A stretch of DNA of 63,982 bases, counting the filler, from Chiloscyllium plagiosum (Eukaryota): NCBI RefSeq assembly GCF_004010195.1. It is 4 parts of one record of this genome, joined end to end, with 100 filler letters (N's around TTAATTAATTAA, not from the genome) between each part and the next. Parts side by side here need not be neighbours in the genome. Positions count along the whole stretch, not along the records: positions 1 to 30,730 come from NC_057710.1; 3 more parts are not named here. The stretch is one strand, 5' to 3'. Of the stretch, positions 1-10,470 are shown piece after piece. A model generated the notes under the pieces. It ran no database searches. It was not told where the DNA came from and worked only from the letters and a program-made list of their open reading frames with translations. The position numbers and the translations under genes are program-made. Each line of letters opens with the position of its first letter. Within the stretch, counting starts at the first letter, position 1.

Positions 1-182
1 GAGTTGTGAGTTCATGGAATGCCCTGCCAGTAGCAGTGGTGGACTCTCCCTCTTTATGGGCATTTAAACGGGCATTGGATAGGCATATGGAGGATAGTGG
101 GCTAGTGTAGGTTAGGTGGGCTTGGATCGGCACAACATCGAGGGCCAAAGGGCCTGTACTGCGCTGTATTTTTCTATGTTCT
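1..182 (+). mobile_element. CR1 LINE 3' end
   Basis: End of ORF2 (..WNALPVAVV..FKRALDRHM) and tail GGGCCTGTACTGCGCTGTATTTTTCTATGTTCTA, shared with the CR1 copies ending at 14873 and 45780. Confidence 0.85.
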
Positions 183-183
183 A

Positions 184-351
184 AGTTAAAAATCACACAA
201 CACCAGGTTATAGTCCAACAGGTTTAATTGGAAGGACACTAGCTTTCGGAGCGACGCTCCACTATCACCTGATGAAGGAGCGTTGCTCCGAAAGCTAGTG
301 TGCTTCCAATTAAACCTGTTGGACTATAACCTGGTGTTGTGTGATTTTTAA
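184..351. mobile_element. Penelope-like terminus, family A, arranged as a near-perfect inverted repeat
   Basis: GTTAAAAATCACACAACACCAGGTTATAGTCCAACAGG... is mirrored by ...CCTGTTGGACTATAACCTGGTGTTGTGTGATTTTTAAC. The same terminus recurs near 16925, 17607, 18800 and 48280. Confidence 0.75.
266..300 (+). ncRNA. Minimal type I hammerhead ribozyme motif (family A)
   Basis: CAC-CTGATGA-A-GGAGC-GTT-GCTCC-GAAA-GC-TA-GTG: conserved core, stem II, palindromic AGCT in place of stem III, 3-bp stem I. Confidence 0.7.
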
Positions 352-354
352 CAT

Positions 355-2120
355 TAATCACCAGAGAAGTGATATTGAGTGAAGTGTTGAAACTGCAGCC
401 TGGCATGTGCCTGGGTCTTCACCCTTGGGCCTTAAAAGTTACGGCCAGTGAGACAGTTAATGCATTGACTTCAATTTTCCAAAGCTCCCTAGATTCGAGG
501 ACAGTCCCATTAGATTGAAAGACTGTTATTTGAAACCGTTTTACTCAAAAAAAAAGGGAGAGATGGAAAGCAAGAAACTATAGGCCAGTTTCTTGTACTG
601 TAACTGACATCTGTTGCAGGGAAAATGTTAGAAGCTGTTATGAAAGAAGTTACAGCAGGGTACTTAGATAAATTCAAGGTAATCAGGCAGATCAATATAG
701 TTTTGTGGAAGAAAAGTTATGTTCTTTATTGTAGTTCTTTGAAGAAGTAACGTGCTTTGAATCAAGGGGAACTGGTGGATGTACTATTTTTAAATGTCCA
801 GAAGGTATTTGATAAACTGCCACAAAGACTTTGCAGGAAATAAAAGTTCACGATGTAGGGAATAGCATATTGGCATGGATAGAAGATTGACTGCTAACAG
901 AAAGCAAAATGTAAGCATAAATTGGTCTTTATCATGTTGGCAAGATGTATTAAGTGGTGTGCCACAGGGATCAGTGATAGGACTTCAACTGCTTACAATT
1001 TAAACAAATGATTTCAATGAAGGGATGAAGGTATGGTTGCAAAATTTGCTGATGACACAAAGGTAGAAAAATATATTGTGAAGAGCAGATAAGGAAGCTA
1101 CAAAATATATAGTTAGACTGAGTGAGTGGGCAAAGATCCAACAAATCGAGCATAAAAAAGGAAATCGGGCATTTGTCCATTTTGGCAGAAAGAATGAAAA
1201 GTAGCATTATATCTGTACTGTGAGAGATTGCAGAGTGCTGCATGAGGGTTCTGCATAGGGACCACGAGAGCAAAGTGTGTAGAGGACTGTTAAACTTTGC
1301 AGAGGAACTTACTTTAAGCGAGTGGGCAAAGGTCTGGCAGATGGAATACAATGTTAATAAATGTGAAGTCATCCATTTCAGTAGAAGTAACAGTAAAAAG
1401 GATTATTCCTTGAATGGTAAAAAAGTTGCAGCATGCTGCTGTGCAGAGAGACCTGGGTGTCCTTGTGCATGAATTACAGAAGGTTGGTCTACAGATACAA
1501 CAAGTAATTAGGAAGACAAATGGAATTTCGTCCTTCATTGCTGAAGGTAAAGGGATTGAGTTTAAAAGCAGGGAGGTTATGTTGCAGGGTGCTGGTTAGG
1601 CCAAACCTAGAGTACTGCATGGAGTTTTGGTTTCTTTACTTGAGAAAGGATGTACTGGCACTGGAGGGGGTGCAGAGGAGGTTGACTAGGTTGATTCCGG
1701 AGTTGAGGAGGTTGGCTTATAAGGAGAGACTGAGTAGACTGGGATTACCTTAATTGGAATTCAGAAGATTGAGGGGGATCTTATAGAAGCATATAAAACT
1801 ATGAAGGGAGTAGATAAGATAGAAGTAGAGAGGCAAGTGAACTAGGACACGAGGGCATAACCTCAAAGATTAGAAGGAGCAGATTTAGGACTGAATTGAG
1901 AAGGAAGTCCTTCACCCAGAGGGTTGTAAAGCTATGGAATTCCTTGTCCAGTGAAGCAGTTGATGCTAGTTCAATAAATGTTTATAAAGCTATGATAGAC
2001 CTTTTCTGAACAATAAATGAATAAAGGGATACAGTGAGAGCGTGGATAAGTGGAACTGAGTTCACAAAAAGATTAGCCATGATCTTATTGAATGGCGGAG
2101 CAGGCTCAAAGGCCAGATAA
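355..2120 (+). mobile_element. CR1 LINE RT fragments (older copy to about 1260, then a second copy with its 3' end)
   Basis: Decayed [41 protein letters not shown] and LVRPNLEYC motifs plus a CR1 tail. Confidence 0.85.
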
Positions 2121-2734
2121 AAGAACAACAGTTCTGCAAGTTGACGGAAAACTTTCTCCAGCATTCCCACACAGTTGCTTCAATGCATTTAACTGAGCAT
2201 TTTGTTTCATAGTAATACACAATAGCATCTATTTACATTTCCTCAATCCTTTTAATCTGAGTATAGTCATGTGTGTCACCCACTCACAAACAGTAAATGG
2301 CACAATGAATGATAATAATTCAATATGGATAATAAAAGTAAATTATTGAATACAAACTGAAGCACCTTTCAACAGTAACAAAGCAAAATGGCAATTTAAA
2401 AAATAAATATTTTCTAAATTCAGCTCAACTTCAATTGACACAACAGACTTTTTGTTATATTACTTGAATAACTGATTATGATCTTAGATCTTGGATGCAA
2501 TGGACCAAAATTTACTGCCAACCATGCATATTTTAAATGCAAGGAACAGATTTTCAAACTTTAGAGATTTGATTTTAACAAATCAAAATTATGCAACTTG
2601 TAAGTTGCAAAACTGTCTTAAAGATGCCCTATTGTCTTCCCAGGCAAATGTTCACAAACAATTATATGAAATAATTCAATAAATTTAATTTTAAAAAACT
2701 GAATTTAGAAAATGTGTTATTTATTTTTAAAAAA

Positions 2735-3260
2735 TCAGAAATTGATGAAAAAATCAGCAGGTCTGGCAGCATTTGTGGAGTGAAAGCAGAGTTTTGGGTC
2801 CAATAACACTTCTTCAGAACTGATTGTAACTAGGAAAAGGTTGGTATATATTGCTAGAGATAGGTGGCAAGTGAGGGCAGGAATAAACAATACATGGCGA
2901 TGGTGCCGAGACAGAGAGAAAAACAGTTGAGCAAAGTAGTAGGTAAAAGTCAACATGGGAGAATGAATAGCTGCAAATAGGGATTGTTCGTGGCTGACAA
3001 TGGAATGATTGTGGCACCTGCCCATGTGTATGACAAGGCAGGTATGTAGAGGTTTGGCTAAGAACATGGGAGAAGGTGCTCAGGCCGTAAGATTATTGAA
3101 CTTGATATCAAATCCAGAAGGCTGCAGGGTTCCCAAACGGAAGACGAGATTATGTTCTTTCAAAAACCAAATCAGAAGTTGCTGGAAAAAATTAGCAAGT
3201 CTGGCAGCATGTGTGGAGAGAAAATAGAATTAATGTTTATGGTTCAGTGACCTTTCTTGA
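2735..3260 (-). mobile_element. Decayed Penelope-like 3' fragment(s)
   Basis: Terminus CAGCAGGTCTGGCAGCAT.TGTGGAG appears twice, with a GIY-YIG C-terminal remnant (FRLGTLQPSG) near 3100-3150. Confidence 0.55.
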
Positions 3261-3424
3261 GATCATACTTTAGTTTTTTTGTTTAATGTTATTTATAAAG
3301 ATATACAGAAATTTATGTTTGTTAAGAAACTTAAAATACTAGCTGAAACAAATTAAAATCCTTCAAATTTCCCATTAACGACTGAAGAGTTTGAATGTGA
3401 AGAAAATATCATTCCTCATTATGG

Positions 3425-3900
3425 TAATAACGCACAGCCATTCAGTCCCTCAAGCCTGATCCACCATTCAACTAAATTATGGCTGATCCAACTGTGGCCT
3501 CAACTCCACTGTCTTGATGACCTCAGATACCCAGTGACGCCCTGGACAGGTTCTTAACTACTTATCTCCAACTTAAAAAAAGGACTTATCTCTGGTCAGA
3601 GTTCCACAGACTCACGACCCTCAAGAGAAAAAGATTCTTCTCATCTCCATCTTAGTGGGAGGTCCCCTTATTTTTAAACTGTGTTCTTGAGTTCTCGTCT
3701 GTCTCACAAGGGAAAACATCCTTTCATTAGCAATCCCCTCAGGTCACTTCAAGATCTAATGTGTTTCAGGAAAATCACCTCTTGATCTTCTCAAATTCAA
3801 TAGATACAGGCAAAACCTGTCCAAGTTTCCCTCCTATGATAACGCTTCAGTGCCAATAATCAGTTCAGTAAATTTTATTTGAATTGTTTCTAATGTAATT
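3425..3900 (-). mobile_element. Decayed CR1 3' end
   Basis: Reverse complement of the CR1 tail (GCCATTCAG.CCCTCAAGCCTG.TCCACCATTCAA) and the end of ORF2. Confidence 0.7.
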
Positions 3901-4320
3901 AATTATGTGGTTTGCTGTCATGATTTGGTGCATAATGCCTCTGTGAAGTGCATTGGGTCATTTCATTACATTAGAAGTCGTATATGAATATAATTTATAG
4001 TTATTGAAATGACTACAGTTCTAAAAGTAATTTTAAAATCATATTCAAGTGACCTTTGACATACAGGTATGCATGTGATTATATGATTAGCTTTATGTTT
4101 TGACTGGCAATGGAGCAATTGAAAAATATTAAACGGTGTAGATGAAAAGATCAACAGAAATAAGAACCTGAGTAAGCCATTCAGCCCCTCAAACCTACTC
4201 CACCATTCAATATGATGGTGGCTAACCAGAAATTCCTCATGTCCACTTTCCTGCTCTTTCCCTGAAATCCTTGATTCCCCGACTGATCAAGAATCCATCT
4301 CAGCCATAAATATACACAAG

Positions 4321-4528
4321 GAGAAAGTGAGGTCTGCAGATGCTGGCGATCAGAACTGAAAATGTGTTGCTGGAACAGCGCAGCAGGTCAGGCAGCATCC
4401 AGGGAACAGGAGAATCGACGTTTCGGGCATAAGCCCTTCTTCAGGAATGCTGAAGAAGGGCTTATGCCCGAAACGTCAATTCTCCTGTTCCCTGGATGCT
4501 GCCTGACCTGCTGCGCTGTTCCAGCAAT
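4321..4528. mobile_element. Penelope-like terminus, family B, inverted repeat with 17-bp flanking duplication
   Basis: Arms are mirrored around about 4447. ATAAATATACACAAGGA occurs at 4306-4322 and 4527-4543. Confidence 0.8.
4413..4480. ncRNA. Back-to-back minimal hammerhead motifs (family B), one per strand
   Basis: CTGAAGA-A-GGGC-TTAT-GCCC-GAAA-CG-TC on plus (4450-4477) and on minus (within 4413-4448), with palindromic ACGT replacing stem III. Stem I is weak. Confidence 0.65.
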
Positions 4529-6678
4529 AAATATACACAAGGACTTGTTAGTAAGTTTGCAGATGACACCAAAATTGGAGGTGCCATGGACAGCGAAGAA
4601 GGTTACCTCAGATTACAACGGGATCTTGACCAGATGGGCCAATGGGCTGAGGAGTGGCAGATGGAGTTTAATTTAGAGAAATGAGAGGTGCTGCATTTTG
4701 GGAAAGCAAATCTTAGCAGGACTTATACACTTAATGGTAAGGTCCTAGGGAATGTTGCTGAACAGAGACCTTAGAGTGCACGCTAATAGCGCCTTGAAAG
4801 TAGAGTCGCAGGTAGATAGGATAGTGACGGTGACATTTGGTATGCTTTCCTTAATTGGTCAGAGTATTGAGTACAGGAGTTGGGAAGTCATGTTGCTGCT
4901 GTGCAAGACATTGGTTAGGCCACTTTTGGAATACTGCGTGCAATTCTGGTCTCCTTCCTATCGGAAGGATGTTTTGAAATTTGAAAGGGTTCAGAAAAGG
5001 TTTACAAGGATGTTGCCAGGGTTGGAGGATTTGAGCTATAGGGAGAGGTTGAATAGGCTGGGGCTGTTTTCCCTGGAGCGTCGGAAGCTGAGTGTCGACC
5101 TTATAAAATCATGAGGGGCGTGAATAGGATAAATGGACAAAGTCTTTTCCCTGAGGTGGGGGAGTCCAGAACTAGAGGGTATAGGTTTAGGGTGAGAGGG
5201 GAAAGATAGAGACCTAAGGGGCAACTTTTTCATGCAGAGGGTATTGCGTGTATGAAATGAGCTGCCAGAGGAAGTAGTGGAGGCTGGTACAATTGCAACA
5301 TTTAAAAGGCATCTGGATGGATATATGAATAGAAAGGGATTGGAGGGATATGGGCCGGGTGCTGGCAAGCAGGACTAGATTAGGTTGGGATATCTGGTCA
5401 GCATGGATGAGCTTGACCGATGGGTCTGTTTCCGTGCTATGCATCTCTATTACTCTATGACTTTGTACCCACTGCTCTCTGTGGAAAGGAGTTCCAAATA
5501 CTCTCAACCTTCTCATCTCAGTTTTAAATTTATTCTGAGACTATGTCCTCTGGTCCTAGATTCTCCCATGTGGGGAAACATCCTTGCAACATTTACCCTG
5601 CCATCCCCTTAATAATCCTGTATATTTCAAAGATATCCCCTCTCATTCTTCTAAATTCCAGTGAGTAGAATCCCAGACTGCTTAGCCTTTGCTTATACAA
5701 GAATCCCTCCATATAGGGGAATCATCTTTTTTTATGAACTGTCTGCAGCTAAATGATATCTTTTCTAAATAAGGGGACCAAAACTGCTCTCAGTACTCCA
5801 GATCTGGTCTCACCAGCACCTTGTACAGTTGCAGCAAGACCTCCCTACTCTTGTACTCCAATCTCCTTGAGCAAAGGGCCAAAATTCCATTAGCCTTCTT
5901 GACTACCTGATGCGCTTGAGTGCTGGTTTTCTCTGTTTCGTGCATAAGTACTCCCAAGTGCCTTTATTGCAGCTTGCTGCAGTTTTTCTCCATTTTGATA
6001 ATAGTTCTATTGTTCTTCTTTTCAACTTCACATTTCCCCAATCTATTCTTGACTTTGCTCTAGACTGTTTAATTATTGTCTACATTTCTTGTGCTTAAAC
6101 TAGTCCATTAATATGGACTAAGCAAGTAAATAAAACAATCAAAAATTAGTGCTACAAAAATTATCGGATCATCTGAATGAAGCAATTTGGGATGAATAGT
6201 TGATTGGATAAATAGAAGAATTTGGTCACATAGCTGAGTGAAGAAATTATTGAAATGTGTTTTTCTAATGTCAGTGGTCAGGATCCTGGGTGTGAACTCT
6301 ACACAACACACTACAGATGGGAAGCGTTGTCAGATCTCAAAGCTGCTTGGCGAGGTAGTCAAGGCAGCAGTGTATTTTGCCTGCAGGGAAAACATGAATT
6401 GCAATATCAGCAATAAGTTTGCCTGTATTAATATTAAAGGAATATGTCAGATTACATTCACAGAATGTTATATATAAGCCTTAACCACATCGTAAAGAAA
6501 ATTAAGCTACAACTAAATCACATTTAACCTTGATGTAGACTCTATAAGACACTATGATAATCCCACAAAAGATGAAATATGGTGCTGAATGCTGACTCAG
6601 TGCTGATTTATTAAGATTACTGCATAATCATTTACCAATACAGGGAGTATAAAATTATAAAAATTAACTGCTTCTAAC

Positions 6679-8006
6679 CTTGTGAAACGAACTTCACATA
6701 TACTGCACATGTATGGTTTCTCCCCTGTATGTGTTCGCATATGTCGTGGCAACTTCCCTGCTCCCTGGATCACTTTATTGCAGATAGGGCACTGCTGAGA
6801 TGCCTTGGGTCTCATCTTTTTCTCATATTCCAAAGGCCAAGTTGGATACACTGCTGCCAAATAGGACGGACCTAATATATTTAGATAGGAATTAAAGTCC
6901 TTTAATGTTCCAAGGTTATTATGGCTATTTTCCATCATAATACCTTTAAAAAAGTCACAAAGACTTGTGGTTGAAGGCAGATCCTCCTTGGCCTCCTCCT
7001 TGATCTTTTCCTTCTTTACTACCAGGTTAAGAGGTAATTGGTCCACATCTTGGTGTTGTACAAGCTGGGGAAATCTGCTATAACCTCCATTCCAGAGGGG
7101 AGGAAAGAATCCTGGTCTGAGTGGAGACACACTAGTTCTTCCATTAAGCAAATCTCCTCTAGGACATAGTCCTCCTTTTAACAGAGACTCTAAGGAGAAA
7201 TCACGAACAGGTCCCAAGCATCCACCTGGATCATTAACTGTAAATTGACTTAAGAATTCACAAGGCAGCTCTGTGCATTGCTTTTCTATAAGCTTGTTGG
7301 TCTGAAAATCATACTCCTTATTCCAATGGTCACCTTCTTGGAAATTTTCCTCTGATTCATTGACATGCTCTTGAACGGTTTCTTCAAGATCTTGTTGGGG
7401 AGATTCCTTGAGATCTTGCTGGGGATTCTCTTTGTGACCTTGACCTTGTTCAAGGAATCCATTGCAATGCTTTTCATGGGATTCTTTAAGTTCTTGTTCA
7501 GAGAATTCATCAAAACCTCGTTGGGGGGATTCTGTGTAATTTTCCTTGAGCAGATCTTCTTGAGGATTTTGGATAGATTGTTTTCCTGGACCTGTTCTGT
7601 CAACACTTACCCTTTCACTTGATTCCATGATATCGACACATACTTGGATAAGACACTGGATCTCCAGCAGCTGTGCTGCACTTAAAACATCCTTTACATT
7701 TGAGCTGCTAATAGTGAGAGTTGATGTATAAGCAAACTCCAATATTGCAGAAAGTGCCTCAGGTGTCACAAAATCAATCTGATAAACATTATGTTGCTCT
7801 TCAAGGGTATCTGTGGTGAACAGAGTCTTGAAATACTTGCTAAATGCTGCAAGAATTGACCTGTGGGTCTTGTATTCCTGATCCTTTACTACCAGGATAA
7901 GATCACAGAGAAGACCATCTCGTCTCTGTTCATTCAAACTACAAAGGAGTTCATTGCTATGGTCTGGAAATGGGATCCCAATGAGGCCATCAGTTGTACT
8001 GGCCAT
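6679..8006 (-). CDS. ZBTB7C: Main coding exon of a BTB/POZ-C2H2 zinc-finger transcription factor, ZBTB7 family, most similar to ZBTB7C (partial CDS; remaining fingers lie outside the window)
   Basis: ORF 6597..8006 begins LIGIPFPDHS..LNEQR..GLLCD (ZBTB7 BTB). It has the 7C-like motifs RDFSLESLL, KIKEE and KASQQCPIC..GAGKLPRHMRTHTGEKPYMCSICEVRFTR. Similarity stops at VRFTR, where AG|GTTAGA gives a phase-2 donor (GT at 6678-6677), the intron position recalled for ZBTB7 genes. Family is certain; paralog call is by recalled motifs. Confidence 0.9.
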
Positions 8007-8014
8007 CTTTATGT

Positions 8015-8048
8015 CTGTTGAATAAGAATGAAAAACAATTCGTTAGTG
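8015..8048 (-). promoter_or_regulatory. 3' splice acceptor and branch point of the ZBTB7C coding exon
   Basis: Minus strand reads CACTAAC (8048-8042, branch consensus), then TTGTTTTTCATTCTTATTCAACAG|ACATAAAG-ATG, leaving 8 nt of 5'UTR. Confidence 0.8.
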
Positions 8049-8090
8049 ATTAATATTTTAAAAATCAGACACCGAACAAAACACACTTAC

Positions 8091-8186
8091 ATGCACTCGC
8101 ATGTCACGACAACCTGCACCCTGGATCACTTTGTTGGAAATAGCATACTCAAAGATTACACCTCATGAGAACATAGGAATATCCAC
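8091..8186 (-). other. Decayed duplicate of the ZBTB7C zinc-finger-1 sequence within a candidate 96-nt non-coding exon
   Basis: 8113-8143 matches 6757-6787 at 27/31 nt and translates YAISNKVIQGAG versus CPICNKVIQGAG. Bounded by TTTGACTTTTTCAG| and |GTAAGT. The duplication is seen directly; exon status is inferred. Confidence 0.6.
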
Positions 8187-8304
8187 CTGAAAAAGTCAAA
8201 CTTCCATCCAATTTTGCTTTCTACTACACTAGTAATTATGTGATACAATAATAATATAGTTATTGACTATTAACAGCTCTACAATTAGTATAATTTGTGG
8301 AAGA

Positions 8305-8880
8305 TTATGAGGGGCATGGACAGGGTGACTAGAAAGCAGCTGTTACCCTTAGTCAAAATGTCAATAACAAAGGGACATACATTTAAGGTGAAAGTTAGGA
8401 GGTTTAAAGAGGATTTGAAGAAAAAGCTTTTCATCTAAAGGTTGGTGCGGTCTGCCTGGGAAGGTATTTAATACCTTGAAAAAGTACATGGATGAGCACT
8501 TGAAATGTCATAATATTCAAATTGAGGGCCTAATGCTGGAAGGTGGGACTAATATAGATTTAGTGCACCCTTTGATGATACAGACGTGACGGCCAAAGGA
8601 CTTCTTCTATACTGCATGATTCTTTGATCAGACCCAAATATGACACAAGCTTTAGGAACTATAGTTCTGAGGATGTCTCCGCTTTCCAAGAAAAAAACAT
8701 TCATGGTGAATATGTATTGACAGGGAGTGAAAACAGGATCAGAATGCCAGGATGTTTTGCAAAAATGGAGCAACCTTTCAACAATCACAATATCAGTTCC
8801 TATCAGAAAACCATGCTTGATAAAGTGCCTCATTATAGATTTGTTTACAAAACTGGAGCACATGAGATTAAAAGACAGCA
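8305..8880 (+). mobile_element. Decayed CR1 fragments (3' tail 8305-8625, RT piece about 8700-8880)
   Basis: IMRGMDRV..RGHTFKV remnant plus tail, and an LDKVPHYR motif. Confidence 0.65.
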
Positions 8881-8894
8881 AGGATACGAAATTA

Positions 8895-9062
8895 CTGAAA
8901 GCAAAAAATGCTGGAGATCACAGCAGGTCAGGCAGCATCCATGAAGAATCATAGTCTCGAAATGTTTGCTTGCTTTCTCTCCATGGATACTGTTTGACCC
9001 ACTAATCTCCAGCATTTTTTGTATTCAGAACAGATTCCAGCATCTGCAAAAATTTGATCCTG
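8895..9062. mobile_element. Decayed Penelope-like palindrome related to family B
   Basis: AAAAAATGCTGGAGATCACAGCAGGTCAGGCAGCATCCATG is mirrored by CATGGATACTGTTTGACC..ATCTCCAGCATTTTTT. Confidence 0.6.
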
Positions 9063-9087
9063 GTTGTGAATTAACTAGGTGGTGGAA

Positions 9088-10323
9088 AGAACATAAGAAC
9101 TAGGAGCAGGAGTAGGCCATCATGGCTGATCTTTTCGTGGCTTCAGCTTCATTTACCCACACTCTCATTATAACCCTTAATTCCTTTACTGTTCAAAAAA
9201 TGTTCTATCTTAGCTTTGAAAGCATTTACTGAGGAAGCCTCAACTACTTCACTGGGCAACGAATTCCACAGATTCACAACCATCTGGGTGAAGAAGTTCT
9301 TCCTCAATTTGGTCTGAAATTTTGAGGTTATGCACCTAATTTTGAGGTTATGCCGTCTTCTCTTAGCTTCGCCTGCCAGTGGAAACATCCTCTCTACTTC
9401 TATCTTATCTACTCCTTTCATAGTTTTATATGTTTCTATAACATCGCCCTTCATTCTTCTGAATTCCACCGAATATGATCCCAGTTTACTCAGTCTCTCC
9501 TCATAAGCCAACCCTCTCATCTCCGGAACCGACCTAGTGAACTTCCTCTGCACCCCTTCCAGTGCCAGTACATCCTTTCTCAAGTAAGGAGACCAAAACT
9601 GCATGCAGTACTCTAGGTGTGGCCTCACTAGCACCCTGTGCAGCAGCAACATAACCACCCTGCTTTTTAACTCAATCCTTTTAGCAATGAAGGACAAAAT
9701 TCCATTTGCCTTCTTAGTTACCTGTTGTACCTGCAGACCAAAGTTCTGTGATTCATGCACGAGGACACCTAGGTCCCTCTGCACAGCAGCACACTGCAAC
9801 TTTTTACCATTCAAATAATACTCCTTTTTACTGTCATTCCTACCAAATCAGATGACTTCCTATTTATTAACATTGTACTCCATCTGTCAGACCTTTGCCT
9901 ACTCACTTAAACTATCTATGTCCTTTTGCAAAGTTTCACAGTCCTCTGCACACTTTGCTCTACCACTCAGTGTTAACCGCAAACTTTGGCACACTATAAT
10001 TGGTCCCCAATTCCAAATCGTCAATGTAAATTGTGAATAATTGTAGTCCCAATACTGATCCCTGAGGCACACCACTAGTCACTGATTGCTAACCAGAATA
10101 GCACTCATTTATCCCCACTCTTTGCTTCCTATTAGTTAAACAATCCTCTATCCATGTTAATACATTGCCTGTAACACCTTGCATCTTTAGTTTGTGCAGC
10201 AGCCTTTTTTGTGGCACCTTGTTGAATGCCTTTTGGAAATCTAGAAACACTACATCTACTGGGTCCCTGTTGTCCACCATGCTCATAATGTCTTCATAGA
10301 ATTCCAGTAGATTAGTTAAGCAT
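9088..10323 (-). mobile_element. 5'-truncated CR1 LINE (RT and 3' tail)
   Basis: ORFs 10089..10286 (VDVVFLDFQKAFNKVP) and 9149..9814 (RDLGVLV, LVRPHLEYC, FFTQ.VVNLWNSLP). Confidence 0.92.
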
Positions 10324-10470
10324 AGAGAGCAGAGAGAAATGTTGAGTGTTTTGTCACAGGTATACTGTGGTGGATCCAGGGGTCAATATTAATACTAGGG
10401 CTATCTTAGATATTAATGATCTTGATTTGGTCATAAAGTGCAAAATTTAAAACTTGCAGAAAACATGAGT

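Larger units (their letters stand above)
4160..6050. mobile_element. Nested cluster: old minus-strand CR1 (4160-4320, 5465-6050) interrupted by a Penelope-like palindrome and a younger plus-strand CR1 (4543-5463)
   Basis: The inner copy encodes SKFADDTKIGG, LVRPLLEYCVQFWSP and has a CTCTATGACT tail. The host sequence resumes after it. Confidence 0.85.

Noticed and set aside
184..351. miRNA precursor or DNA-transposon MITE
   Set aside because: Multi-copy terminus with variable arm length and a hammerhead core; the parallel family B has long variable duplications and is tied to GIY-YIG, which fits Penelope-like elements.
7286..7622. Overlapping ORFs 7286..7606 (-) and 7365..7622 (+)
   Set aside because: Shadow frames of the repetitive ZBTB7C linker with no recognisable domain.
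6597..8006. The 469-aa ORF as a complete intronless gene or retrocopy
   Set aside because: Finger 2 is cut at a splice donor and an acceptor precedes the ATG; the last 26 residues are intronic read-through.
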